Source: Candidatus Latescibacterota bacterium
GTDB lineage: Bacteria; Latescibacterota; UBA2968
Length of the DNA stretch: 64,000 bases
Direction: 5' to 3'
Assembly (NCBI GenBank): GCA_965204745.1
Contig: OZ242010.1
Coordinates: 4,160,001 to 4,224,000, forward strand
Shown here one piece after another: positions 1 to 8,591 of the stretch (within the stretch, counting starts at the first letter, position 1; every line of letters begins with the position of its first letter). The notes under the pieces were generated by a model that saw only the letters and a program-made list of their open reading frames with translations, was not told where the DNA came from and made no database searches. The position numbers and the translations under genes are program-made.

Positions 1-1136
1 AAGTTGGCAAAAAAACCGAGCACTTTGTCTTTTTTATCCGCCTCGCGGTAAGCCAGATATTTGACGAACCCCCGCGCGATGGTTCTGACCATAATTTTCG
101 GATAGTTGTCTTTGAGCGAGGCTTTTGCAATCGCGGCGTAGTTTTGCGCGATCTGCGTTTGAACGACGCGGTCGCCTACGCGAATGCGAACGCGCTGCGT
201 GCGCGGAATGGAGGATTCGTATTTGGGCAGGGCCACGCGCAACCAGTATTCGACATCGCCGATGGGACGCACGCGATAGCGGCGACGCGATATATCGACG
301 GCGATTTTGTTGGCCTCCTCGTCGCGTTTGAGGTCGTCTTCGTACAGGGGCAGGTCGATTTCCTCTTCCACTTTGCGGGGGATGAAGCCGATTTCCAAAA
401 AGAGCACGAGTTCGCCATTGCCCGCGGACTTCATATCCGGCATGCTATTGAACGAGACGAGGCGCGTGTCTGTTCCCTCGCCATCGAGCACTGCGGCCAT
501 GTGTTCGAGGTCCGTCGCGACGGTTTGCGGCGGGGCGATGTCGAACGTCTTTTCGTAGTGCGAATACGCGTCTCGCGCGTGTTGGTAGGAAACGTAAGCG
601 TCGTTGAGTTCGCCGGTGGCTTCGTAAAACAAGCCGGTGATGTAGTGGATGAACGCGTCGTTTTTGTAACTCGCCTGCCCGTTGTGAATGGCGTATTGGT
701 CGAGTTTTAGATTGGCTTTGCGGCATTCGACAAGCGCGTCTTCCGGCAGGCCCAAATACCAGTAATTCAACGCCCGGTAGTAGTGGACCGCGACCATCTC
801 AAAGCTGTCGCCCCGGTACTTGCGGATGGCGTCATTGGTCACGAGGGCCGCGGCTTCGCGGGAAATAGAGCGCGTGAAGAGTTTGTCCGAGAGCCGCTCC
901 GCGGCTGCGAAATACCGGTTGGACATCGCGTAGTGCCCCTCGTAGTGGGCGAGGAGCCCTTTTTCGAGGTGGTAGAGCAATTCATTCCCGCGTTTGGGGG
1001 CCTTTTCAATTGTTGCATTGGCCGCTTCGTAATTGCGCGTGCGAAGGCTGGTGCGGTAATCACCCGAAAAGTGAGAATAGGTGGCGCAACCTTGCAACGC
1101 GATGCCCAGCAACAATGTGAGGAAAATGGTTTTCAT
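1..1136 (-). CDS. COG3014-like TPR lipoprotein (runs off left edge)
   Basis: Not in the ORF track because its stop lies outside the window. Read by hand from ATG 1136: MKTIFLTLLLGIALQGC (lipobox), then ...LLYHLEKGLLAHYEG...VTNDAIRKYRGDSFEMVAVHYYRALNY...EDALVECRKAN, typical of COG3014. Confidence 0.75.
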   Translation of the reverse strand, partial: MKTIFLTLLLGIALQGCATYSHFSGDYRTSLRTRNYEAANATIEKAPKRGNELLYHLEKGLLAHYEGHYAMSNRYFAAAERLSDKLFTRSISREAAALVTNDAIRKYRGDSFEMVAVHYYRALNYWYLGLPEDALVECRKANLKLDQYAIHNGQASYKNDAFIHYITGLFYEATGELNDAYVSYQHARDAYSHYEKTFDIAPPQTVATDLEHMAAVLDGEGTDTRLVSFNSMPDMKSAGNGELVLFLEIGFIPRKVEEEIDLPLYEDDLKRDEEANKIAVDISRRRYRVRPIGDVEYWLRVALPKYESSIPRTQRVRIRVGDRVVQTQIAQNYAAIAKASLKDNYPKIMVRTIARGFVKYLAYREADKKDKVLGFFAN

Positions 1137-1180
1137 CTCGTTTGTCCCGGTTGGGAGTTTTTGATGCTGTCATGTATTAA

Positions 1181-1197
1181 CGCAAAAGCCGTGCCAA
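1181..1197 (-). promoter_or_regulatory. sigma-54 promoter (-24/-12)
   Basis: Minus strand TTGGCACGGCTTTTGCG is an exact TGGCAC-N5-TTGC, about 45 bp upstream of the lipoprotein ATG. An IHF-like site (~1213-1225) and TGTGACAATTTTGCACA (~1262-1278) lie upstream. Confidence 0.75.
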
Positions 1198-1708
1198 TGT
1201 GCCCGATTTTTTTAAGCTGTTGAATTTTAGGAAGATGTGACTAAAAAAAGAAATTGAGATGTGTGACAATTTTGCACAGGTGTGAATTTTGACAACAGCC
1301 GGAGAAGCAAAAAGCAGCCACGGAACGCGATGAACATGTCCGAAATTGAGCAAAAAAGTCTTCAAGTTCCAAGTTCAAGACATGGCGACGGTTTTTATCG
1401 ACAGAAGCATAAAAAAAGATATTCAACATATAGCGACATTTTTTTGCATCCGCGTCAAAAATAAAAATGACGGGAAAACGCAGGGAAGTCAACGAGAAAT
1501 TGCCAAATCAAGAGCGTACTCATTGACTACGCCGAGAATGGCACACTAGATCCTATCACCCGGAGATGTGCATATAGATGAAATCCAGCGTATTTTTGAG
1601 CGACTAGGTCTCGATAAACCCGTAGCAGATTTGGCGCCAATTAGGGCGGCCTAACTGTTTTGTGAACTGTTGGTGTGGATAACCCCATCGCTGTGATGCG
1701 ATTCCGCC

Positions 1709-1737
1709 TTGACCTTTGGCGTAAAATATACTATTCT
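1709..1737 (+). promoter_or_regulatory. sigma-70-like promoter
   Basis: TTGACC-17 bp-TATTCT upstream of the DUF5131 gene. Confidence 0.5.
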
Positions 1738-1824
1738 TATGTGCAGTAATTGGTTGCGGACTCAACTGAATCTGCGTACCATCCGTTAGTCAGAAATGGC
1801 AGAATGCACACGGGAGCCGACGGC

Positions 1825-2661
1825 ATGTCTCGCAAAAGCACCATTGAATGGACCAACAGCACTTGGAATCCGGTCACGGGTTGCACAAAAGTGAGCGCGG
1901 GATGTGACCATTGTTATGCCGAACGCCTTTCCGAGCGTTTTCGCGGCGTCAAGGGCCATCCTTTCGAGGGTGGCTTTGATCTTACCCTGCGGTCCGAGCG
2001 TCTCGAGCAACCGTTGCGCTGGCGGCAGCGACAACTCATCTTCGTCAATTCGATGAGCGATCTTTTTCACAAGGACATTCCCACCGAGTACATCGCCCGC
2101 GTATTCGACACGATGGAACGTGCGGACTGGCATACCTATCAGGTGCTCACCAAGCGCAGTTCCCCGATGCGCGATTTCATCCATCAGCACTACTCGGGTC
2201 AACTGGCGCCCCCGCATATCTGGCTCGGCGTCTCTATCGAAAATGCCGCGGCCATGACGCGCTTGCGACACTTGAAACAGACCAACTCCTCTGTGCGCTT
2301 TGTCTCATTCGAGCCGCTGATCGGCCCTCTCGGCGCGGTGAATTTGGAGGGCGTTCACTGGGTCATCGCCGGGGGCGAGAGTGGGCCGGGCGCGCGTCCG
2401 ATGCATAAGGAATGGGTGCGATCCTTGCGCGACCAGTGCCAAGCCCAGCGCGTGGCCTTCTTCTTCAAGCAATGGGGCGGGCGCACCCCCAAAGCGGGCG
2501 GCAACACGCTCGACGGACGCCAATGGCTGGAATATCCACAAATGGAATCCGAGCAACAACTCGGCATGCCATTACAAGTGGCTGGCGCACCAACAGACGA
2601 CAGGAACGACCTGCCCGACGTGGGGCCTTGGGCACAGGAGAAACTAATGTGTCTCCGCTGA
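1825..2661 (+). CDS. DUF5131 / phage Gp37-Gp68 family protein (three-Cys motif) with TcmP-like C-terminal stub
   Basis: SxIEWTxxTWNPVTGCTKVSAGCDHCYA (CX6CX2C), FVNSMSDLFH, SFEPL, WVIAGGESG, FFFKQWGG. Confidence 0.9.
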   Translation: MSRKSTIEWTNSTWNPVTGCTKVSAGCDHCYAERLSERFRGVKGHPFEGGFDLTLRSERLEQPLRWRQRQLIFVNSMSDLFHKDIPTEYIARVFDTMERADWHTYQVLTKRSSPMRDFIHQHYSGQLAPPHIWLGVSIENAAAMTRLRHLKQTNSSVRFVSFEPLIGPLGAVNLEGVHWVIAGGESGPGARPMHKEWVRSLRDQCQAQRVAFFFKQWGGRTPKAGGNTLDGRQWLEYPQMESEQQLGMPLQVAGAPTDDRNDLPDVGPWAQEKLMCLR

Positions 2662-3283
2662 TGTGTTGAAACAAGGCGCGAGACGCATTCAATAAAAGCA
2701 AGCGCGATTGGTTTTGCTAGGTTCTGTTAACATTTTATTTTTTTGACGTATGCACAGAGTAGCAACTGTGTTGCTTGCTCATTTAAGGCGTTTGGTCCTA
2801 CAGCCTCGTTGGTTGCCTCCGATGCCTTCGGCGACTTACTTTTTTTTAACAGCAAAAAAAAGTAAGCAAAAAATGCCGCTCTCAAACGCCGAGGGGCTTG
2901 CACAGCGCAAAGCGCTTTTGTAACAGAACGATATGCGCCAGCCTGCAAGGTGGGTTGCATAATGGATGTTGGTTGCGAGACGGCCTTGCGCGCTGTGCGT
3001 GATGGCTTTAGCTGATGGTCTTTTGCGAGAGCACTTATTGGGATGCCTTCTTTGAACTGCGGAACGTCCGTGAATACGATGAGCGTGGTAGCAAAAACGA
3101 GAAAACTGAAGGATCAACTGTTCCAGTTTCTCAAACCGAGAGCATATTCTGCGATAGGGCTTGATTTTCCCGATAAACCGCTCAAGCTAGTTGCAGTGCT
3201 CGTAAATGTCAACACAACCTAACCGCCAAAGGGGTTGGGCGGACTGACCACTGACCACTGACCACTTGTTTTCCTGCCTCCCG

Positions 3284-3763
3284 ATGCTTCCCAACCTAAC
3301 CATACATCCCCCTCGCGCTTCTGATGGCGAAGCACTCCACGCCTTGGTGCGGGCGATTGGGGCGCGATGTGTGGTCGATGTGTGGGCCGAGCGCGTGTCC
3401 ATATCCCTCGGGCAGACGCTCATCGCGGTGCAGGGCGAGGAATGGATTGGGTTTGTCGCGTGGCAACAGGATGAGATGCAAGCCGTGATTGTGGGATTGG
3501 GGGTGCGTGCGAATCACCGGCGTTTTGGCGTGGCGACGGCGTTGGTCAATGCGTTGGCAGAACACTTGCGAGCCGCGGGTTCGCGCTTGGTGGAAGCGGT
3601 TGTGCCATGCGACAGAATGGTCGCGACAGGCGTGTTTGAAGCGGCCGGCTTTCGGCACATCGGCACGCACGCCAAGGGCGATGCGATTTTTGAACGCAGA
3701 TTGGGCAGGCAACGGGCAGATGGATTTGGAAAAGGAGACGAAAAATTATGGCAACGGCGTTGA
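3284..3763 (+). CDS. GNAT family N-acetyltransferase
   Basis: Motif A-like LGVRANHRRFGVATALV and FEAAGF; start uncertain. Confidence 0.7.
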   Translation: MLPNLTIHPPRASDGEALHALVRAIGARCVVDVWAERVSISLGQTLIAVQGEEWIGFVAWQQDEMQAVIVGLGVRANHRRFGVATALVNALAEHLRAAGSRLVEAVVPCDRMVATGVFEAAGFRHIGTHAKGDAIFERRLGRQRADGFGKGDEKLWQRR

Positions 3764-4527
3764 TTACGGGGGCGTCAAGTGGGATTGGGTTGGCGTTGGC
3801 ACGGGTGTTTGCGGCCGATGGGGTGGATGTGATTTTGTCGGCGCGGTCAGAGGATAGGTTGCGCGAGTTGGCAAACGAGGTGCGGGAAACATATCGCGTC
3901 AAGGCGCGGGTGATCCCGGCGGATTTGTCGCGGCCGGGCCAGGCCCAGAAAATTTATGATCGCGTGGTGGCAACCGGGTGGCAGGTGGATTGCCTGGTGA
4001 ACAATGCCGGGTTTGGGGTGTACGGGGATTTTGCAGAGACGGATTGGATGGCAGAGGCGGCGATGGTGCAGGTGAATATCGTCGCGCTGACGCAGTTGAC
4101 CAAATTGTTTTTGCCGGAGATGATCGCCCGAGGCAGGGGAAAAATTTTGAATGTGGCTTCGACTGCGGCTTTTCAACCCGGCCCGATGATGGCCGTGTAT
4201 TTTGCGACCAAGGCGTATGTGTTGTCGTTTTCAGAGGCGATAGCCCATGAATTAAGGGGCACGGGCGTGCATGTGACCGCGTTGTGTCCTGGCGCGACAG
4301 AGACGGGTTTTCAACGCTCGGCAGGGGCGACGGGCTCGCGCGTATTTGATTCGCGCAAGTTGCCCACGGGCGCGGATGTCGCAAGGTATGGGTACAAGGT
4401 GTTGCAAAGGCAGAAGCGCGTGGCGGTTCACGGGGCGATCAACAAAATGCTGGCATTCGGCACGCGCCTCTTGCCCAGACGCGCCGTGGTGGCAATTACA
4501 AAAATGCTGATTGCCAGAAGTGAATAA
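3748..4527 (+). CDS. short-chain dehydrogenase/reductase
   Basis: TGASSGIG, NNAG, YFATK (YxxxK). Confidence 0.95.
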   Translation: MATALITGASSGIGLALARVFAADGVDVILSARSEDRLRELANEVRETYRVKARVIPADLSRPGQAQKIYDRVVATGWQVDCLVNNAGFGVYGDFAETDWMAEAAMVQVNIVALTQLTKLFLPEMIARGRGKILNVASTAAFQPGPMMAVYFATKAYVLSFSEAIAHELRGTGVHVTALCPGATETGFQRSAGATGSRVFDSRKLPTGADVARYGYKVLQRQKRVAVHGAINKMLAFGTRLLPRRAVVAITKMLIARSE

Positions 4528-4534
4528 AGATAGC

Positions 4535-4623
4535 CACGAGCGGGGTACAACTGGCGACAGCCAGTTCAAAGGCACAAAAGTCACGAGCGGGGTACAACTG
4601 GCGACAGCCAGTTCAAAGGCACA
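4535..4623. repeat. 2x 42-bp direct repeat (period 47) with internal hairpin
   Basis: CACGAGCGGGGTACAACTGGCGACAGCCAGTTCAAAGGCACA at 4535 and 4582; variant near 42288. Confidence 0.9.
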
Positions 4624-4725
4624 GAATGGATTTTGCCCTTTTTGTGTTTCTGTGCCTCTTGTGGCTATTTTGCGTCTTGCGTCCCGATCTATTCAGGAGC
4701 CACAACAGGCACAAAGGGGAGAGAA

Positions 4726-5253
4726 ATGTTGATGCAAAGCGAGATTGCCGGCATGGGACGTCGCTTGTTGGCGACGGCGTTGGATTTTGTGATTTTGATG
4801 GTGGCCCTGCCCGTGATGACGCGCAATGTGCCATTGTCGCATCCGGCACTTTGGTGGGCGCTGGTTTTTGCGGTTGCTGTGGTGTATTCCGCGCTCTTTG
4901 GCGTGCTGATGGGCCGAACCCCGGGCAAGATGGTGTTGGGGTTGCGCGTGATCGATGCTCAGGGGCGGGGATTGAATTACGTGCAGATGTTCCTGCGTGC
5001 GGTGCTGAAGTGGTCGTTGTTTTTCGCGCTGTTTTTCGCCATGTCCCTGTTGACGCCTGCGGAATTGTACCAGCATCCCGCAGATGGCGAGGAAATCGCT
5101 ACAGTGGAGACAGGCCCCGCGCTCGCCTTGTCGGCTGTGATGGTGATCGGCACTTTGGGCTGGTTGATATTGATCCATCTCGCACGCCGGCATCCGGATG
5201 GACAAGGGTTGCACGACCGCGCAGCGGAAACGTATGTGATTAAGACGGGATGA
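4726..5253 (+). CDS. RDD family membrane protein
   Basis: AGMGRRLLATALD, GRTPGKMVLGLRVID, QGLHDRAAETYVI. Confidence 0.85.
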   Translation: MLMQSEIAGMGRRLLATALDFVILMVALPVMTRNVPLSHPALWWALVFAVAVVYSALFGVLMGRTPGKMVLGLRVIDAQGRGLNYVQMFLRAVLKWSLFFALFFAMSLLTPAELYQHPADGEEIATVETGPALALSAVMVIGTLGWLILIHLARRHPDGQGLHDRAAETYVIKTG

Positions 5254-5350
5254 AAGAGCAGTTGAACGCGAAAAACATATCGCCTCTCAATCTAATGAAC
5301 ACAAAAAGCCGCCGATAGCTAGGGTACCGGCGGCTCTGGGTTAGTGGTCA

Positions 5351-5587
5351 ATGCGAATTAAGAGTAGAAAGCGAGTAAGAAGCAAGCCGCAACCCATCAT
5401 CCAAAGACATGAACGAGTCATCCATTATAGAATCGCCCTTGAACTTGTCTTAAAACGAACGATGGATGCCCCTCCTCCGGCTCTTTCCCGCAACGGAGAG
5501 ATGTTATTCCCCCTTGTATCTTCCTCGCAGGCACAGGCGTAGCCTACAACGGAGCGTAGCGAGTAACGGGGGCCAGGGGGTAGGTCT
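5351..5587 (-). mobile_element. partial MITE (one ATGCGAATTAAG end)
   Basis: Starts ATGCGAATTAAGAGTAGAAAGCGAG like the copy at 48159; second terminus not found. Confidence 0.7.
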
Positions 5588-5588
5588 C

Positions 5589-5632
5589 AAAAAGTAAAGC
5601 CCGAGTTCACTGGGAACCCGGGCTTTACTTTT
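5589..5632. terminator. bidirectional intrinsic terminator
   Basis: AAAAGTAAAGCCCG...CGGGCTTTACTTTT between convergent genes. Confidence 0.75.
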
Positions 5633-5655
5633 CCCTTTCACGTCTTTCGCATTTG

Positions 5656-5850
5656 TCAGCCTGTCGAACCAAAGTTATCGGCGAAGATGAAGAAATCGGC
5701 AGAGTCAATTTGACCATCGCCATCGCATCGGGGGTCATATCGCTCCTGACCGAGCCGCGATCCAAACTTATCCGCAAAGGTCAAGAAGTCGGCGAAATTC
5801 ACATCGCCATCGCCATCGCTGTCTGTGGCGGTCAGGGAACAGGCTTTCAT
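5656..5850 (-). pseudogene. orphan EF-hand/dockerin-like C-terminal fragment of an adhesin
   Basis: DGDGDVNFADFLTFADKFGSRLGQERYDPRCDGDGQIDSADFFIFADNFGS is near-identical to the C-terminus of the 15102..23879 protein. Confidence 0.8.
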
Positions 5851-8591
5851 TGGAAGTGGGAGGCGGGATAGAGGCTTCGGATGTAGGGTTCAATGGCTTG
5901 AGAGGTCGTGCGCGTAGCATTTTGCTCGATGACGTTCCCTCTGACGAGGGCCTCGTTCCGGAAGAAGAGGACGTATCGAATGATCAGGATTATATCCGAG
6001 AACAGCCTCACATCGCCATCGCCATCCACATCGAGAATGTTCTGATTGACCAACGTGTCGAGGTAGGGTTCAATTTCTTGAGCGGTCGTGCGCGTGGCAG
6101 TTGGCTCGATGACGTTCCCTCTGAGGAGGGCCTCGTTCCGGAAGAAGAGGACATATCGAATGACCAGGATTATATCCGAGAACAATCTCACCCGGCCATC
6201 GCCATCCACATCCAAGTTGGCACTCGAGGTTTCGTCATCGATAATCGTCCCTGTGCCTTGCGCCGTGCTTATGGTCGCATTGGTCGCACTGCTCAGCGTC
6301 ACGATCACGGTCTCGTTCTGCTCATCATCCGAGTCGTCGGTCACAGAAACAGCGATAGTCTGGCTGGTCGCGCCTATCGCGAAGGTCAGGGTTCCTGCGG
6401 TAAGCGCGGTGTAATCCGTCCCCGAAGTCGCGGTGCCCGTGCCCGCGTCTGCATACGCCACCGTCACCTGTGCCGTGTGCATCGGGCTTAGGTACACCTG
6501 AAAGGTCAGGGTCGCACCGGTCGCGCCTTCAATCACGCTTGGCGAACCGATACTCAGCGCAGGCATGCCATCGTCATCGATAATCGTCCCTGTGCCTTGC
6601 GCCGTGCTTATGGTCGCATTGGTCGCACTGCTCAGCGTCACGATCACGGTCTCGTTCGGCTCATTATCCGTGTCGCCGGTCACAGTAACAGCGATGGTCT
6701 GGCTGGTCGTGCCTGCCGCGAAGGTCAGGGTCCCTGCGGTAAGTGCGGTGTAATCCGTCCCCGAAGTCGCGGTGCCCGTGCCCGCGTCTGCATACGCCAC
6801 CGTCACCTCTTTGCCGCTCACCGCATTCAATCTAACGGTGAACGTCAGGGCAGTGCCCTCAACCGCACTCGGCGAACTAATCGAGAGCCTCGGCGGCGCG
6901 TCATCATCTGTGATCGTCAGGGTCTCGGAAGATGATAGCACCGCCATATTGCCACCCGTCACCGTTGCAGACACGGTCACTTCCTTGTCAGGCGCATCGG
7001 TCGTATCGTTCACCGAGGTGATCGTCACGCTGCCCGTGCTCGTCGTCACATTCGCCGCGAAGGTCAGCGTGGTCGTGGTCGATAGCGTAAAATCGCCCGC
7101 AACCGCAGGCGACACAGCCATCGCTGAAACCGTGACCGTCGCCGCCGTGGTTGCAACGCGATCTAGCGTCGCCGTGATCGTGGAAACCTGGGCATTCTCC
7201 GTAATCGACGCAGGAGTCAAAACCAACGTCACGTTCGGCACGTCGTCATCGACAAGCGTCAGCGTCACATCAGTGACCGATCCCGTGCCTACGCTGTTGG
7301 TTAGCGTACTCGACACGGTCACCGTCTTGTTCCCCGTAGCATCGGCGTTATTCACCCCTGTGATCGTCACGGTGCCCGCGCTCATCGTTTGCTCCGCCGC
7401 GACGGTCAGCGTGGCCTGCGTGCTTATCGTGTAGTCGCCCGCAACCGCAGGTGACACAGGTGCCACTGTCACCGTAATCGTCGTCGGATCGCTTGACGTG
7501 TGAGACAGGGTCGCGGTCACGGTCGAGATACCGCCGTTCTCTGAAATCGACGCAGGCGATACAACCATCGTCACGTCCGGCGGGTCGTCGTCGTCCTCCA
7601 GCGTTATAGTGCCGGTCACACTACCCGCGCCTTGGGTGTTGCGCGACACACCGGACAGGTCCACGACGCGATTAGGCTCGTCTCGGGTGTTGTCCACCGA
7701 TGTGATGACCACCGTATCCGACGCGTTTATCGTGTCCCCGGCCGCGATGGTGATCGTCGAATCCGTCGCCGACACCTCGTAAGCACCGGCCAACGGGCGC
7801 ACCGTGATCGTCGTCGCCTCGTTCGATGGGCGCGATAGCGACGCCATCACTGTCGAAACCGCGCCGTTCTCCGAAATCGACGCGGGATTCGGCGTCAGCG
7901 TCACCATCGGCGCAAGGTCGTCGTCGGTGATCGTCAAAGTTGCCCCGGCCACCCTGCCCGCGACTTGGCTGTTGTGCATCACTGCGGACATGGTCACGTC
8001 GCGATTAGGCTCGTCTTGGGTGTTGTTCACCGCGGTGATGACCACCGTGTCCGAAGCGTTCGCGGTTTGCCCGGCCGGTATGGTGATCGTCGAATCCGCC
8101 GGCACCGTGTAAGCATCCGCCATCGGGCGCACCGTGATCGTCGTCGCCGCGCTCAACGACCGTGCCAGCGTCGCGGTCACAGTGCTCATCCCGCCGTTTT
8201 CCGAGATCGACGAGGGCGTCAGTGCCAACGTCACGACCACGGGTTGGAGGTTAAATTGCACGGTGGTGTCCATGCCGGCATACTTCAAGGCCGGATACTG
8301 ATTCGTCGCGCCAAAGTACCACGGATCGTCGTTGCCGGCTTGTCCGTCGATGTTGGCGTTCCAACTGGAGTAGATGCCGATGTAGTCGTTGGGGCGCTGG
8401 AGGTCGGCGGTGGCGTAGCCCGTGCCGCCTGCGCTGGTGTTATGGTAGCTGAGGAAGGTGTCCCAGTAGCTGTTGGACACGCTGCCCGGGGAAACAACGT
8501 TGCCTATTAGCCCACCGACATTGCTTCCTGTGCCGCTGACCCTGCCTGTGGAATACGAGTTTGTTATAGAACCGCCAAACCGAGCTCCCAC
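5847..8591 (-). CDS. adhesin A, C-terminal part (Ig-like/Calx-beta repeats, 2x EF-hand-like LDVDGDG module)
   Basis: Calx-beta-like TATSGTDY...GTLTFAAG...DxxxEPNETVIVTLS..GTIIDDD; continues the 8564..11308 ORF through a frameshift near 8655. Confidence 0.85.
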   Translation of the reverse strand: MGARFGGSITNSYSTGRVSGTGSNVGGLIGNVVSPGSVSNSYWDTFLSYHNTSAGGTGYATADLQRPNDYIGIYSSWNANIDGQAGNDDPWYFGATNQYPALKYAGMDTTVQFNLQPVVVTLALTPSSISENGGMSTVTATLARSLSAATTITVRPMADAYTVPADSTITIPAGQTANASDTVVITAVNNTQDEPNRDVTMSAVMHNSQVAGRVAGATLTITDDDLAPMVTLTPNPASISENGAVSTVMASLSRPSNEATTITVRPLAGAYEVSATDSTITIAAGDTINASDTVVITSVDNTRDEPNRVVDLSGVSRNTQGAGSVTGTITLEDDDDPPDVTMVVSPASISENGGISTVTATLSHTSSDPTTITVTVAPVSPAVAGDYTISTQATLTVAAEQTMSAGTVTITGVNNADATGNKTVTVSSTLTNSVGTGSVTDVTLTLVDDDVPNVTLVLTPASITENAQVSTITATLDRVATTAATVTVSAMAVSPAVAGDFTLSTTTTLTFAANVTTSTGSVTITSVNDTTDAPDKEVTVSATVTGGNMAVLSSSETLTITDDDAPPRLSISSPSAVEGTALTFTVRLNAVSGKEVTVAYADAGTGTATSGTDYTALTAGTLTFAAGTTSQTIAVTVTGDTDNEPNETVIVTLSSATNATISTAQGTGTIIDDDGMPALSIGSPSVIEGATGATLTFQVYLSPMHTAQVTVAYADAGTGTATSGTDYTALTAGTLTFAIGATSQTIAVSVTDDSDDEQNETVIVTLSSATNATISTAQGTGTIIDDETSSANLDVDGDGRVRLFSDIILVIRYVLFFRNEALLRGNVIEPTATRTTAQEIEPYLDTLVNQNILDVDGDGDVRLFSDIILIIRYVLFFRNEALVRGNVIEQNATRTTSQAIEPYIRSLYPASHFQ

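Noticed and set aside
144-1223. Plus-strand ORFs 144..710 and 783..1223
   Set aside because: Antisense shadows of the minus-strand lipoprotein gene.
1825-2661. Prophage, from the Gp37/Gp68 family name
   Set aside because: No structural, terminase or integrase genes nearby; the family is common outside phages.
4535-4623. Possible CRISPR mini-array
   Set aside because: Only two units separated by 5 bp, with no spacers and no cas genes.
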